Below are positions 8,895 through 19,495 of a stretch of DNA of 64,000 bases, piece by piece (the first letter of the stretch is position 1; every line of letters begins with the position of its first letter). This stretch comes from an uncultured virus (IMG/VR IMGVR_UViG_3300035539_000076) (lineage: Duplodnaviria; Heunggongvirae; Uroviricota; Caudoviricetes): IMG/VR virus record IMGVR_UViG_3300035539_000076; one strand, given 5' to 3'. Under the pieces are notes generated by a model. It was not told the origin of the DNA. It saw nothing but the letters and a program-made list of their open reading frames with translations, and ran no database searches. Position numbers and translations under genes: made by a program.

Positions 8895-11399
8895 ATGAGT
8901 TGGGATGTGTTATTACCAAAGCAGACATCAGGGCAACCTTTTGTGATTGATGTTGATGCACAAGGGAATTATTACTGTAATTTTTTATTTGAAGATGCCA
9001 ATGGAAACGAAATAGATTTTTGGATAGAAGATATTGAAACTAAAAAAATATTGTTATACCCCGGGCAGTTAGCTACAGGGACAACGAAAATATATTTGAA
9101 AGTGCAACCTAATTTAATAAATAAAAAAAGAGGTAGTGCTAAAATAGCTTCTCCTGATATGTTGACAGGATATAACCATACCTTTATATTAACTGAATTG
9201 GGTGAAGTTTTTGTCAGCAGTACAGGAGGGGAACCTTCGGGATTTGATGATTCTTTTGAAACAAAGTATGACTTTACACAAATCAAAAAAAGTATAGAGG
9301 GTAAAATAAAAAAAAGATTAGAATTATCTGGAACTGATGTTCTATATTTAACATCAGATAATCATTTATTCAATTGTGGTTATAACTATCAAAAATTCAG
9401 AGATTATGGAGATAGGGAGTTAATGTCTGAAGAAAAGAATAAATTGCCGATTGGTGAAATTATAGTTGATGTTGCTGGTAGAGGTTATCATAATATAGTT
9501 GTTATGGATAGCGGACGAGTTTTTGCGATTGGAGAAAATACCAATGGTGAACTTGCTGATGGAACTGGAATAGATCAAACTGATTGGGTTGAAATAACAT
9601 CTCAATTTCCAGATAAAATTGTAAAAGTTGAAACAGGTAGATATAATTCGTTCTTTTTATCTGAAAACAGCAAAATATATGCTTCTGGTAATTTGACTTT
9701 AGTTCCTGGGTCATCTGTTGATGCATTATCTCCAGTTGATATAACATCTTATTTTAATGGAGAAATAATTAAAGATATTTCTTCAACGGGGTCTATAGCT
9801 TTATTTTTAACTCAATCCAATAAAATTTACGGATTAGGAGACAATGGTTATTATCAATTTGGAACTGGAGATACAACCGATTTATCTTTACCTACAGATT
9901 TAACAAGTTATCTAAATAGTGAAGTCCCAGAAAAAATAAAAACTTATGAAAATAATATAGCTGTTATAACGACTTCTGGAAAGCTATTTGTTGCAGGTGA
10001 TAACTCTAATGGAAAATTAGGTTTAGGCAATGACACTACATTGCAGGATTTAACGGATATAACACCTTATTTTAATGGAGGTTTAATATTAGATGTCAGT
10101 ATAGACGACACACATGCTTTGTTTGTTACTCAGGATTATAAAGTGTTTGGAGCAGGTTTAAATGATTATGGACAATTAGGAACTAACGACACAATAGATA
10201 GTATGGATTTAGTTGAAGTGACAAATAATTTTCCTCAAAATATTAAAGAAGTGTATACTGCAAAACATTCTACTTATTCCTTTAGCTATTTTATAGATAT
10301 AAATGACAACATATATTCTGTTGGTTCTAACAATTATGGAACTTTAGGAGATTATGGTGAAACAAAAAAAATAAACATGATTTCAAGCGCTTTCCATGAA
10401 GAAAAAATAGTGGCGGTTAGTTCAGGACAAGACCATTCCTCAGCCATAACGGAGACGGGTAAACTCTATACTTGGGGTTGGAATCAATATGGCCAACTTG
10501 GCGATGGTACTACAACAAATAAAAGCACCCCAACTTTAATAGATGCTTTCAACGGCGAGAAAATAGTGGCTGTTAGTTTAGGGGCAAGTCATTCCTCAGC
10601 TATAACGGAGACAGGCAAGTTGTATATCTGGGGATATAATTACTATGGCCAACTTGGTGATGGTACTACAACCAATATATCTACTCCAACCTTAATAGAT
10701 TCATTTGGCGGCGAGAAAGTAGTGGCTGTTAGTTTAGGGTATTATCATTCCTCAGCCATAACGGAGACAGGTAAGTTGTATACCTGGGGATTAAATAACT
10801 ATGGCCGACTTGGCGATGGTACTACAACTCAAAGGAACACTCCAACCCTCATAGACGCATTTGGTGGAGAGAAGATAGTATCTGTTAGTTTAGGAACGCA
10901 TCACTCCTCAGCCATAACAGAAACGGGCAAACTCTATACTTGGGGCTTTAATAATTACGGCCAACTTGGCGATGGTACTACAACTCAACGAAATACCCCA
11001 ACCCTCATAGACGCATTTGGTGGAGAGAAGATAGTATCTGTTAGTTTAGGTGGCTATCACTCCTCAGCCATAACGGAGACAGGTAAGTTGTATACTTGGG
11101 GATATAATAATAATGGTGAACTTGGTGATGGCACTACAACTAGCAGAACTACCCCAACATTAATAGATTCATTTGGTGGTGAGAAAATAGTGGCTGTTAG
11201 TTTAGGGAGAAATCATTCCTCAGCCATAACAGAGACAGGCAAGTTGTATATTTGGGGATATAATGGTTATGGCCAACTTGGAATAGGGACAACCGATTCA
11301 GATCCTCACCCAACACCAATACTCATTCCTAATGTAGTATCATCGAGAATTTTTGAACAAACTGTGGTGTTAAACGAAATTGCTAAACCGGCTACTTAA
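8895..11399 (+). CDS. RCC1/BLIP-II beta-propeller repeat protein, putative receptor-binding tail protein
   Basis: Many GxNxxGQLG repeats; six near-identical C-terminal 52-aa units. Confidence 0.85.
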   Translation: MSWDVLLPKQTSGQPFVIDVDAQGNYYCNFLFEDANGNEIDFWIEDIETKKILLYPGQLATGTTKIYLKVQPNLINKKRGSAKIASPDMLTGYNHTFILTELGEVFVSSTGGEPSGFDDSFETKYDFTQIKKSIEGKIKKRLELSGTDVLYLTSDNHLFNCGYNYQKFRDYGDRELMSEEKNKLPIGEIIVDVAGRGYHNIVVMDSGRVFAIGENTNGELADGTGIDQTDWVEITSQFPDKIVKVETGRYNSFFLSENSKIYASGNLTLVPGSSVDALSPVDITSYFNGEIIKDISSTGSIALFLTQSNKIYGLGDNGYYQFGTGDTTDLSLPTDLTSYLNSEVPEKIKTYENNIAVITTSGKLFVAGDNSNGKLGLGNDTTLQDLTDITPYFNGGLILDVSIDDTHALFVTQDYKVFGAGLNDYGQLGTNDTIDSMDLVEVTNNFPQNIKEVYTAKHSTYSFSYFIDINDNIYSVGSNNYGTLGDYGETKKINMISSAFHEEKIVAVSSGQDHSSAITETGKLYTWGWNQYGQLGDGTTTNKSTPTLIDAFNGEKIVAVSLGASHSSAITETGKLYIWGYNYYGQLGDGTTTNISTPTLIDSFGGEKVVAVSLGYYHSSAITETGKLYTWGLNNYGRLGDGTTTQRNTPTLIDAFGGEKIVSVSLGTHHSSAITETGKLYTWGFNNYGQLGDGTTTQRNTPTLIDAFGGEKIVSVSLGGYHSSAITETGKLYTWGYNNNGELGDGTTTSRTTPTLIDSFGGEKIVAVSLGRNHSSAITETGKLYIWGYNGYGQLGIGTTDSDPHPTPILIPNVVSSRIFEQTVVLNEIAKPAT
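10401..11330 (+). repeat. Six tandem 156-bp coding repeats (RCC1 blades)
   Basis: Units begin at about 10401, 10557, 10713, 10869, 11025, 11181 (GAGAAxATAGTxxCTGTTAGTTTAGG...CAxTCCTCAGCCATAAC). Confidence 0.9.
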
Positions 11400-11481
11400 C
11401 CGTAGATGTTAACATGCAATGTTATAATATTTTTGTGTGTATTGAAAAAACTAATACTTTATAAAAGAGAGGTGGAAGAAC

Positions 11482-12174
11482 ATGGCAGAAAACTTTATTC
11501 TTAGAGAGAAAACTCCTATCATGTTGGATACAAACAGAAACTTTTTTGGTCTTGACGTGAAAGGTAGAATTTTAGCTCAAGATAAAACAGGCGCGTCAAA
11601 AACTGTCGCTGGAGTAACATATGATGATGCAGCAGCTCCAGAAATCACATTGACTGAGTATATGGATACAAACATATCTGATTTCTCAACTCCTCCTGCT
11701 GTACAATCAGATAAAGACATTACAGCTCAAGATGCAGATTTATATGCTGTATCAGTTGATAATGTTTACGATTTAGAGCCAGGAGATGTAATTTATTTTG
11801 GTTCAGAAGCAGTTGGTTCAAGAGATTGGAGAAAATTCAACGAAGTTGTAGACATTGTAGATCATTCAGGTAGTTACACAATTGTATTGAAATATGCTCT
11901 TAGAGCATCATTAACAACTGGTGATACAGTGCATAGAGCACAAAACACTGGTTATTATGAATATACATTTGATGTAAATGAAACTAACTGGACTGAAGGA
12001 GACAAATTAACTATAATTGTTGAAGACTTACAAGGTCAAACAAGAGAAGTTAAAAGTGTTGAAATCAGAAAATCAGAAGCAGACAATGCTGCTGTACTTC
12101 AATCTAGAGCAGATAGAATGCAAACTAGACTTGATGTAGTTCACGCTCAAACTCACGTTGAGATTCATATATAA
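11482..12174 (+). CDS. Putative virion structural protein, paralogue of 12189 ORF and the 5785 N-terminus
   Basis: QDKTGASKTVAGVT, NTGYYEYTFDVNETNWTEGDKLTI matches NTGVYELTFDVSEADFAEGDKVII; SD GAGGTG. Confidence 0.7.
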   Translation: MAENFILREKTPIMLDTNRNFFGLDVKGRILAQDKTGASKTVAGVTYDDAAAPEITLTEYMDTNISDFSTPPAVQSDKDITAQDADLYAVSVDNVYDLEPGDVIYFGSEAVGSRDWRKFNEVVDIVDHSGSYTIVLKYALRASLTTGDTVHRAQNTGYYEYTFDVNETNWTEGDKLTIIVEDLQGQTREVKSVEIRKSEADNAAVLQSRADRMQTRLDVVHAQTHVEIHI

Positions 12175-12188
12175 GGAGGTGTGTGTAG

Positions 12189-12995
12189 ATGGCTAATATA
12201 ATTGCATTAAACGAATCTAAAAGAGTTTTAGTTGATGCTGGGTTAAACTTCATGGGTAAAACTTTGGAAGCATCAGTTAGAGTTCAAGATAAAGACGATA
12301 CAGTAAATAAAACTATCACAGGGTTAACTGATACAGTTCAAACATTGAGCGAAGTCATGATGCCTCATGTAAGTGATTATTCTCCTGCAATAACAATTTC
12401 AAACGATATAGATGTTTTAACTTCTAGTGTTGGTATTTTTAATGTAGATGTATCTAATGGTGCTGGTGTATCTGTATCTGATAAAGTAAAAGTTGGACCT
12501 ACAAGTTCAACAGTTGTTGATGGTTCTGGAACTAGAACAGACTTAGTTGCTGAATTAGAAGCGAGAATTACTGATGCAGGCGGAACTTTAACAATAGATA
12601 CAACTACAACTTGGGGCGATGTAGAAGCAGAAGTTCCAGGTATAATTGATGAATATTCTCAATATATCAAAGTTGCAGAAGTTAATGGTAGCACTATCAC
12701 AACTAAATATTTCTTGAAAAAGAATATTTATTCAGGCTTCTCTTTCACAAGAGTAGCTAACACAGGAGTTTATGAATTAACTTTTGATGTTTCTGAAGCA
12801 GATTTTGCTGAAGGAGATAAAGTTATTATAGACATTAACTCTACAGACGGAACAATTGTTAGAGAAGGTATTTTAGGACATGTTAGAACATCTTCAGCAC
12901 AACAATACGAAGATATGGCGAATCAATTATCTTCAACTGAATCAAAAATTGATGATCTTATGGATCAATCATTTGCATCAAAAATTATTGTGTAA
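12189..12995 (+). CDS. Putative virion structural protein (paralogue family of 11482 and 5785 N-terminus)
   Basis: Shared motifs above; SD AGGAGGT; followed by terminator. Confidence 0.7.
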   Translation: MANIIALNESKRVLVDAGLNFMGKTLEASVRVQDKDDTVNKTITGLTDTVQTLSEVMMPHVSDYSPAITISNDIDVLTSSVGIFNVDVSNGAGVSVSDKVKVGPTSSTVVDGSGTRTDLVAELEARITDAGGTLTIDTTTTWGDVEAEVPGIIDEYSQYIKVAEVNGSTITTKYFLKKNIYSGFSFTRVANTGVYELTFDVSEADFAEGDKVIIDINSTDGTIVREGILGHVRTSSAQQYEDMANQLSSTESKIDDLMDQSFASKIIV

Positions 12996-13013
12996 TAAAT
13001 ATATACATAAAAT

Positions 13014-13043
13014 GGCCGAGTTGTTTAACAGCAACTCGGTTTT
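13014..13043 (+). terminator. Intrinsic terminator
   Basis: GCCGAGTTGT-TTAACA-GCAACTCGGT followed by T run. Confidence 0.7.
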
Positions 13044-13111
13044 ACTTTATTAATTCCTCTGTTATGATAAACTAATTATGAAGTGTACAAACAAATGGAG
13101 GTGTTACAATA

Positions 13112-13711
13112 ATGGCTAGAACTGTTAAATATCAAGTAGGTTGGGGTGATCCTGCTGTTGCAATAAACCATCATCCAGAAAATATTGATATATCATCGCC
13201 TAAACCTCTTCTTATATTAGGGGATGTAGATAATTATATAGATGGGTCAGATATCAATATGGGTGTCAAGATAGATCCTTCTAATACAGTTTATTCTATG
13301 CAGAGATATTTTAGGGCATGGTTTTTAGATGATGATACAACAGAAGTGTTAGGGGTTAAGTTTTCGTTTGATGTACCTTTTACATCATCTGAAGCAAGAA
13401 ACATGTACTCGCTTTATGCGGGTTTAGTAACTCCAACAGAATATGAAACGGGAACTAAAAAACCAGTAAAAACAGCTCCGGATACTTCATATATGACATG
13501 TTTTGCTGGAGCTGATAGAGTTTCAACTGATCCAGATTTATTGGTATCTAATGTCTACGGTGAAGATGTATACGACACTGACGGGACGACTATAATTGGT
13601 AAAAAATATTATACTGATTATGTAGCTTTACAGAGTAAGTTCGATAAATGCACGATGACTAACCCTGTTGGAGACACTAAAATCCTCATGATATATGAAG
13701 AATTGATATAA
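13112..13711 (+). CDS. Hypothetical virion-module protein
   Basis: 199 aa, SD GGAGGTG. Confidence 0.65.
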   Translation: MARTVKYQVGWGDPAVAINHHPENIDISSPKPLLILGDVDNYIDGSDINMGVKIDPSNTVYSMQRYFRAWFLDDDTTEVLGVKFSFDVPFTSSEARNMYSLYAGLVTPTEYETGTKKPVKTAPDTSYMTCFAGADRVSTDPDLLVSNVYGEDVYDTDGTTIIGKKYYTDYVALQSKFDKCTMTNPVGDTKILMIYEELI

Positions 13712-13725
13712 GGGAGTGATATAAA

Positions 13726-14463
13726 ATGGCAATAATTTTTCAAGATACATCTGGAGTGAACTTGAACAAAGATTGGTCGGTTAACCCGGCTATAGCAGGT
13801 AGCACTTATACTTTGCCAGAAGATTTTAGAAATTCTACTTCTAAAGGCGAATATAGATTAGTTATATATGATAAATCCAAAACAGGAGAAGATAAAGTCA
13901 ATAAGATTGTGTACGATGAGGGGACTTCTTCTTTTTCATTGCCTACAGGTTTTGTATATGATGATACTGCAGGTACATTAGAAATACCTTCAGGATTTAA
14001 CGGTGCAGTGTCTTTAATTAGAACTACAGGGAACCCTTTATTTGATAGTTCTGATCCTAATGACTTTTTCACGAAATCTGATATACCAGATAATAACAAT
14101 CAGATGATATCTAAAACTTTTAGGATCTCTTTTACAGATAACGATTATGAAAATGTAATAATCAGAGTTGAAGATTTGTTGGGGAATGCCAATGCAGATG
14201 GAGATATATATCCTGATATGGATACAATGTCTATTTCTATTTTGTCAAATGGTACAGAGATATTTTCGGGGCAAGGAACAGCAGGTTCTGATTTAAACTC
14301 TGGAGTATTATTACCTGAATATACTACAAATGGCTCTGTATTAGATGTCACTTTAACAATGGATTTATCCAACGATTTACAAGCTTGGAATGCTATAGAT
14401 AAAAGTTTGTTTTTCCTAAATTATAATATAAAGGCATCTGGTAATACTGTAGCGGTACTTTAA
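13726..14463 (+). CDS. Hypothetical acidic, beta-rich virion-module protein
   Basis: 245 aa, SD GGGAGTG. Confidence 0.65.
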   Translation: MAIIFQDTSGVNLNKDWSVNPAIAGSTYTLPEDFRNSTSKGEYRLVIYDKSKTGEDKVNKIVYDEGTSSFSLPTGFVYDDTAGTLEIPSGFNGAVSLIRTTGNPLFDSSDPNDFFTKSDIPDNNNQMISKTFRISFTDNDYENVIIRVEDLLGNANADGDIYPDMDTMSISILSNGTEIFSGQGTAGSDLNSGVLLPEYTTNGSVLDVTLTMDLSNDLQAWNAIDKSLFFLNYNIKASGNTVAVL

Positions 14464-14464
14464 A

Positions 14465-14998
14465 ATGATTTTGTTAAAAATAAATGGTGACAAAGCAGCG
14501 GAATCTTTTTTGTCTCCTGTAATAAAACCTCCTGTATATGTAGAACCGAATAAATATTATGGTACCACAATTACGGATCCAATGAACAATTTGGATCCGG
14601 TTGCTGTTATATATATGGGCGGTTCTGGAGAAATAGTGTCTATAAAACCATTGTCTGCAACATCGTGTAAATTCAATGGTGAACGTTGGGAAATACAAGG
14701 CAAAGTTTTTCAAGGAGAAATTAGCGATAGCTTGAAAATAATATTTTCCGATGTCAAAAATACTGGTGATATTTCTTTTACATATGAAATTGATAATCAA
14801 GAAATGGCAGATTTTACTTTTTCTTTAGAATTAGAAGGCGAATGTGAATTTGATGATGGAGCTACAATAAAAAAAATTAATTTGATATCCGGAGCATCGA
14901 GAACTTTTAATATTGTTTTAAATAGGGAAAATGTGTATTGCAAAATTAAGCCAGTTATAACAAGTGTGGTGGAGCTGTCGTGGGAACATTTATTTTAG
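14465..14998 (+). CDS. Hypothetical protein
   Basis: 177 aa, tightly packed in operon. Confidence 0.6.
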   Translation: MILLKINGDKAAESFLSPVIKPPVYVEPNKYYGTTITDPMNNLDPVAVIYMGGSGEIVSIKPLSATSCKFNGERWEIQGKVFQGEISDSLKIIFSDVKNTGDISFTYEIDNQEMADFTFSLELEGECEFDDGATIKKINLISGASRTFNIVLNRENVYCKIKPVITSVVELSWEHLF

Positions 14999-15465
14999 GT
15001 AGTACTATATGTGAACATACAACCGAAGAATTTATTTTAGGGGCTAGAATAAAATTATTTTCATACACTAGGATAAATGATTTAGAAGTTATAGATGAAG
15101 ATTTAAATATATTGGATTTTAGATATACCTCAGAACCATATGATTCAGGATATATGTATTATATAGATATTTATGATGTATTTGATTATATAGCCATATA
15201 TGTTTATAAAAAAGATTTTGGCACTGAATTACATGGATTTAAGTCCAAAAGTAATACAGCTCATTATTTTTGTGTGACGGAAGATGATTCTATTGATTTA
15301 ATAGAGGCAGTTAATTGGGAAAATGAAAGAATACCAATACCATATTATAAAAAAAGTATTGACGGGAAATGGTTTTATTCTGCAGAATTGGAAGATTTAC
15401 CAATCGGTCGATATTCTATCACTGTAGACAACGTATTTTCCGAAACATTCTTTGTAGGAAGGTGA
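14980..15465 (+). CDS. Hypothetical protein
   Basis: 161 aa, GTG start with GGAG SD. Confidence 0.55.
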   Translation: MGTFILGSTICEHTTEEFILGARIKLFSYTRINDLEVIDEDLNILDFRYTSEPYDSGYMYYIDIYDVFDYIAIYVYKKDFGTELHGFKSKSNTAHYFCVTEDDSIDLIEAVNWENERIPIPYYKKSIDGKWFYSAELEDLPIGRYSITVDNVFSETFFVGR

Positions 15466-15878
15466 TGAATATGGATATGTTTGAACAAATAATTACAATT
15501 GCACAAGCTGTAGGCGAAGTAGGCTTAATGCCGATTATAATTATAGTGCTGTTAGTTGTTTTGATACAGGTTATTAGATCTGATTCACAATCAAGAGAAG
15601 ATAATAGTAATAGTATAATTGAGCTATCAAAAATGTTAAAAGAAATTTTATTTATTCAAAGAATACAAAATGATACTTTGAAAATTATATTAGGCAATCC
15701 GGAATTGTTTAACTTAATTATTAAAAATTTAAAAAAAGAAGCAGTTGTACAAGCATATAACGATCAAGGAGAAGAATCAGATAGGACATTTGAAGCGATA
15801 GATAAATTAAAAAAAGCAAAAGAAGGGTTTGATGCTATAGAAGATAAACATGAACAAGATGAAGATTTAGGGATGTGA
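15465..15878 (+). CDS. Single-TM membrane protein, possibly BhlA/UviB-like holin
   Basis: GLMPIIIIVLLVVLIQVIR followed by SREDN..II..L; start moved from 15369 to ATG 15465/15471 behind GGAAGGTG. Confidence 0.4.
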   Translation: MNMDMFEQIITIAQAVGEVGLMPIIIIVLLVVLIQVIRSDSQSREDNSNSIIELSKMLKEILFIQRIQNDTLKIILGNPELFNLIIKNLKKEAVVQAYNDQGEESDRTFEAIDKLKKAKEGFDAIEDKHEQDEDLGM

Positions 15879-16306
15879 GTGTAATGGTTATTGAACTTTC
15901 TACATCAGAGTTATTTATAGTATTATCTATTTTTGTTATTATATATTTCTTTTTATTATATATTATAGTTGTTCTAAAGGAAAGGGCTAGAACTTTTAAA
16001 AAAGAACAAAAGGTATTTGATGAATATAAAAATTTAAGAAAACAGATTACAGATGCTCAGAAAAAAAATACAGAAGAATTTATAGGCACTTCTGTGTTAA
16101 GCAAATATAGAGATTTAGAGAATAAAAAAGGCAAAAATATAAACGATGAGGATATGTGGAATGCTAAAGTACAGGCGGAAGATGAATTTTTATATTTTAA
16201 AACATCTATTAAGAAAGATATGGCAAATGACAGATTAAAATATGATAAACAAATCAAACAAAATACAGGTGATGAAAAGAGGGTGAATAAACATGATATT
16301 AGCTGA
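15875..16306 (+). CDS. Single-TM membrane protein with coiled-coil tail
   Basis: LFIVLSIFVIIYFFLLYIIVVL then charged helix. Confidence 0.55.
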   Translation: MSVMVIELSTSELFIVLSIFVIIYFFLLYIIVVLKERARTFKKEQKVFDEYKNLRKQITDAQKKNTEEFIGTSVLSKYRDLENKKGKNINDEDMWNAKVQAEDEFLYFKTSIKKDMANDRLKYDKQIKQNTGDEKRVNKHDIS

Positions 16307-16955
16307 GGCGGGCGATATTGAGTTTAACTATTTATTCGGAATAATACAAATGATAGTAGGCGTAATATATTTATATGTATATATGAATTTGAATAAAGAA
16401 TATAAAAAAGTTAAAGTTAATCATGTTGAGTTTTCAATTCTTGCCATAGGAGTTTTTGCATTTTCTATAAATAGATTTTTCCCAATTTTATATTTTAAGG
16501 ATAATTTAATATCTATATATATATTTTCTTTTATATTTTTTCATATAATGTTGAACAGAAGTCTTATGAAAATGTTTTTTTCTTCTTTACGTACTCAACA
16601 TATACATCAACCAGTTATATTATTAATGACTTCTATGCTATTTTTCTTAGTTGATAATTTATTACTAGTATTTACAATAGCTCTGTTTATAAATTTGATG
16701 CAAATTGCAAATTTAATCTTTTGGTTTAGCATGGGGAAATATGGGTTGTATGTTATAGAAGAAAATCGAATTGCTGTTATGAAAAAGATTATATCTTTTT
16801 TTGTCATTAATGTTTTGAATTACGGAATATTGATTTTCATAAATGATTTTAACATAAATAATTTAATCTTTTATTCTATAATAGAGTTAATTGCTTCTTT
16901 ATTCTTTATCAGGTTTGTTAAATCTTTTTTGAAGATTTGGGGAGATTCTAACTAG
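16293..16955 (+). CDS. Polytopic membrane protein (about 6-7 TM)
   Basis: Repeated hydrophobic segments across 220 aa. Confidence 0.6.
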   Translation: MILAEAGDIEFNYLFGIIQMIVGVIYLYVYMNLNKEYKKVKVNHVEFSILAIGVFAFSINRFFPILYFKDNLISIYIFSFIFFHIMLNRSLMKMFFSSLRTQHIHQPVILLMTSMLFFLVDNLLLVFTIALFINLMQIANLIFWFSMGKYGLYVIEENRIAVMKKIISFFVINVLNYGILIFINDFNINNLIFYSIIELIASLFFIRFVKSFLKIWGDSN

Positions 16956-16972
16956 AAAGAAAGGTGATCTAA

Positions 16973-19489
16973 ATGGATGAAGTAGTAAATTTAAATATGT
17001 CTTTGAAAACAGACCGATTAGAAGGTTTCTGTACTTCATCTTTCAATAAAGTTTTCAGAGAAGAAATATATAAAGCTGGTATAAAAACCGATGTTTGGTA
17101 TGATGTATTAAATACGGACATTATAACTGAATATAAATTAAATGAAATGCAGAATAGGCCGTTTATTACAAACGGTTTTAATGCTATACGATTGGATTGG
17201 GATAAAAATATAGATTTTAAAAAAGCTAGAGTAAAAATAAAAACCAAAAGAAATAAAAGTTTGTTCATTAGAAACTATAGATACTTGAAAAAATATGGGG
17301 AAAAGTATTTGTTGATGTATATACCTCAAATTGCTAAATCGGTTGATATTGAAGTTATAGGATTTAACAACAAAAATAATATTGATTCTAAATTTATAGA
17401 TTACAACATACCTGCTAAGGATGGTACCCCAAGGAACTCTATTAATGATGATGCAGTTTCTTATAATATGTCATTTGAGGTAAGAAGTGATAGAGTTCAA
17501 GGTCAAAAGAAATTTACTCAAGAACGTAATTTAGAGAATAAGTTGATGCATCCTAATGAAACACATAAATTTTATTATGATGTTGATGGTATAAAGAAGG
17601 AACCAGTAAAAGCTTATATGGTTTTAAAAAATAGTATGGTTTCTCATAAATTAACCTTGCCTATACATTTTGAAAAAACATTCACTACAAAAGAAAATTT
17701 TTATTCATTGATTAGGGTATCCGATGATTATAATTTTGTATCTATATTTTTAGAGTACATAAATAATGAAAATGGTGAAATTGAATTTTTCAAAGATACC
17801 TTTAAAATAGGTAGTGGGGTATATTATCAAGAAGAGACAGATCCAATAAATTTAAACATAAAAATGTTGTATACTGAAGGTGGAGAATTAATAAGAACTA
17901 ATATGTTTTCTATGATTAAGACAACAGAAATTAGAGAAACAAAGCCATTATATCCTACAACATTGGAACAAGATATAGAAAGTTTATGGACTATGCCTGC
18001 AGTTATACCAGATGTAATTAAAATATCGCCATATGCCTTCATAAACGTATCTCATGTATCTAATAAAAGTATAAGGTATGCTGCACATAATATGGATAGA
18101 AATGATAAAACAAAATTGTTGAATATTTATTCTAGAAGAAATTGGTTCATGTCCACTGCTTCTATAATAAGATTTTACCCATATACTAATTTATTAACTT
18201 CTGATGATATAGAATTAAGAATTACAACTAAATACGGAAGTTATAAAATAAACAGCCAATGGAAATCACAATCTAACTCAGGAGTTAAATATTTTGATTT
18301 TGAATTATGGGAAGATGTCACACAAGTTTATGTAAAATATTCAGCTATGGTGTACGATGATGAGACTGATTCTTTAAAAAGTAAAACTGTTGAGGAAGTA
18401 TACAATGCCAATGAACTTTGGGGTAAAACTTCTGGCTATGAAATAAATGGTCAAATGTTATTTAAAAGAGTTGTTCCTGATGTATATAATTTAAATATAA
18501 TTTCTAAGGCAAAGCAAGAAAGTAGTTTTGATTATATGATAAAAGGGTTTGTGGATAATACCATACCTGTTATATTAGGAGTTAGAATACCAGTTAATAC
18601 TGAAGAAAAAAATAATTTATATATTAATGCACTTACTTACTTGTATCCAACGTTATATAATACAATATATTATAATATTCCTGTTAGCGAGCATGTAGCT
18701 GAAGTAAATTTGAGATTTAAAGAAACATTATTAAAATATACCAATCACGTATTTAAGACTAAGATTAAGAATGAAAATGTAGATATAATTCATGCAAAGA
18801 ACCTCACTTCTTTGAAAGAAGAAACTAATTTAATTGTGAATAGTTATGTGGATAATTCTCAAAAAAATGAAATTTATGCATCTAATTTTGTTTCTGGTGT
18901 CATTAGAAGGAATTATATTTATGCTTCTAATTTCAATTATATTAGTAAAGATACTAAAAGAGTTAAGAAAAGAAGTGTTATACAATTCAGTAATTTGACT
19001 TCTATGTATAAAGAAACCAATCCTATTCAATATGATCCTATAGCTATTTTTAAAGAGAAATATCCTCGAATTGATAGGTTTAGTTTCAATAGGGCTACAA
19101 CGGTTTCATTTAATAATTTGATAAATGATATTTTATTACTCAACACTGTAACCCTTTATGGTACAATTTTAGTGAGCTTTAGTGGCCAAGATCAAACTGT
19201 TAAAGTAAAAGGTGAGAATTATAATTTAAAAGCTGGAGAAAAATTAATCTTTCCATTCTTAATAGATTTTTCTGATATTGTTGGAGGATTTTATGATGTA
19301 GTTGATGTGATTAACAACGATATAGTAGAAATAAATCCGAATGGTATCTTAAGAGTGAAATATGGGAAGTTCAATTATATAATTAGAGATAAATATTCTA
19401 GAGAAAAATTAGACTTTGCTATACAAATGGAAACACCATTGCCACAGGAATACTGGAGTGAATTACACGATTATTATACAGGATGGTGA
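16973..19489 (+). CDS. Large hypothetical (probably structural) protein
   Basis: 838 aa, SD AAGGTG. Confidence 0.7.
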   Translation: MDEVVNLNMSLKTDRLEGFCTSSFNKVFREEIYKAGIKTDVWYDVLNTDIITEYKLNEMQNRPFITNGFNAIRLDWDKNIDFKKARVKIKTKRNKSLFIRNYRYLKKYGEKYLLMYIPQIAKSVDIEVIGFNNKNNIDSKFIDYNIPAKDGTPRNSINDDAVSYNMSFEVRSDRVQGQKKFTQERNLENKLMHPNETHKFYYDVDGIKKEPVKAYMVLKNSMVSHKLTLPIHFEKTFTTKENFYSLIRVSDDYNFVSIFLEYINNENGEIEFFKDTFKIGSGVYYQEETDPINLNIKMLYTEGGELIRTNMFSMIKTTEIRETKPLYPTTLEQDIESLWTMPAVIPDVIKISPYAFINVSHVSNKSIRYAAHNMDRNDKTKLLNIYSRRNWFMSTASIIRFYPYTNLLTSDDIELRITTKYGSYKINSQWKSQSNSGVKYFDFELWEDVTQVYVKYSAMVYDDETDSLKSKTVEEVYNANELWGKTSGYEINGQMLFKRVVPDVYNLNIISKAKQESSFDYMIKGFVDNTIPVILGVRIPVNTEEKNNLYINALTYLYPTLYNTIYYNIPVSEHVAEVNLRFKETLLKYTNHVFKTKIKNENVDIIHAKNLTSLKEETNLIVNSYVDNSQKNEIYASNFVSGVIRRNYIYASNFNYISKDTKRVKKRSVIQFSNLTSMYKETNPIQYDPIAIFKEKYPRIDRFSFNRATTVSFNNLINDILLLNTVTLYGTILVSFSGQDQTVKVKGENYNLKAGEKLIFPFLIDFSDIVGGFYDVVDVINNDIVEINPNGILRVKYGKFNYIIRDKYSREKLDFAIQMETPLPQEYWSELHDYYTGW

Positions 19490-19495
19490 TAACAC

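Noticed and set aside
1..11330. Diversity-generating retroelement acting on the RCC1 repeats
   Set aside because: Both repeat sets are in-frame coding, differences are not confined to adenines, and no reverse transcriptase is visible in the window
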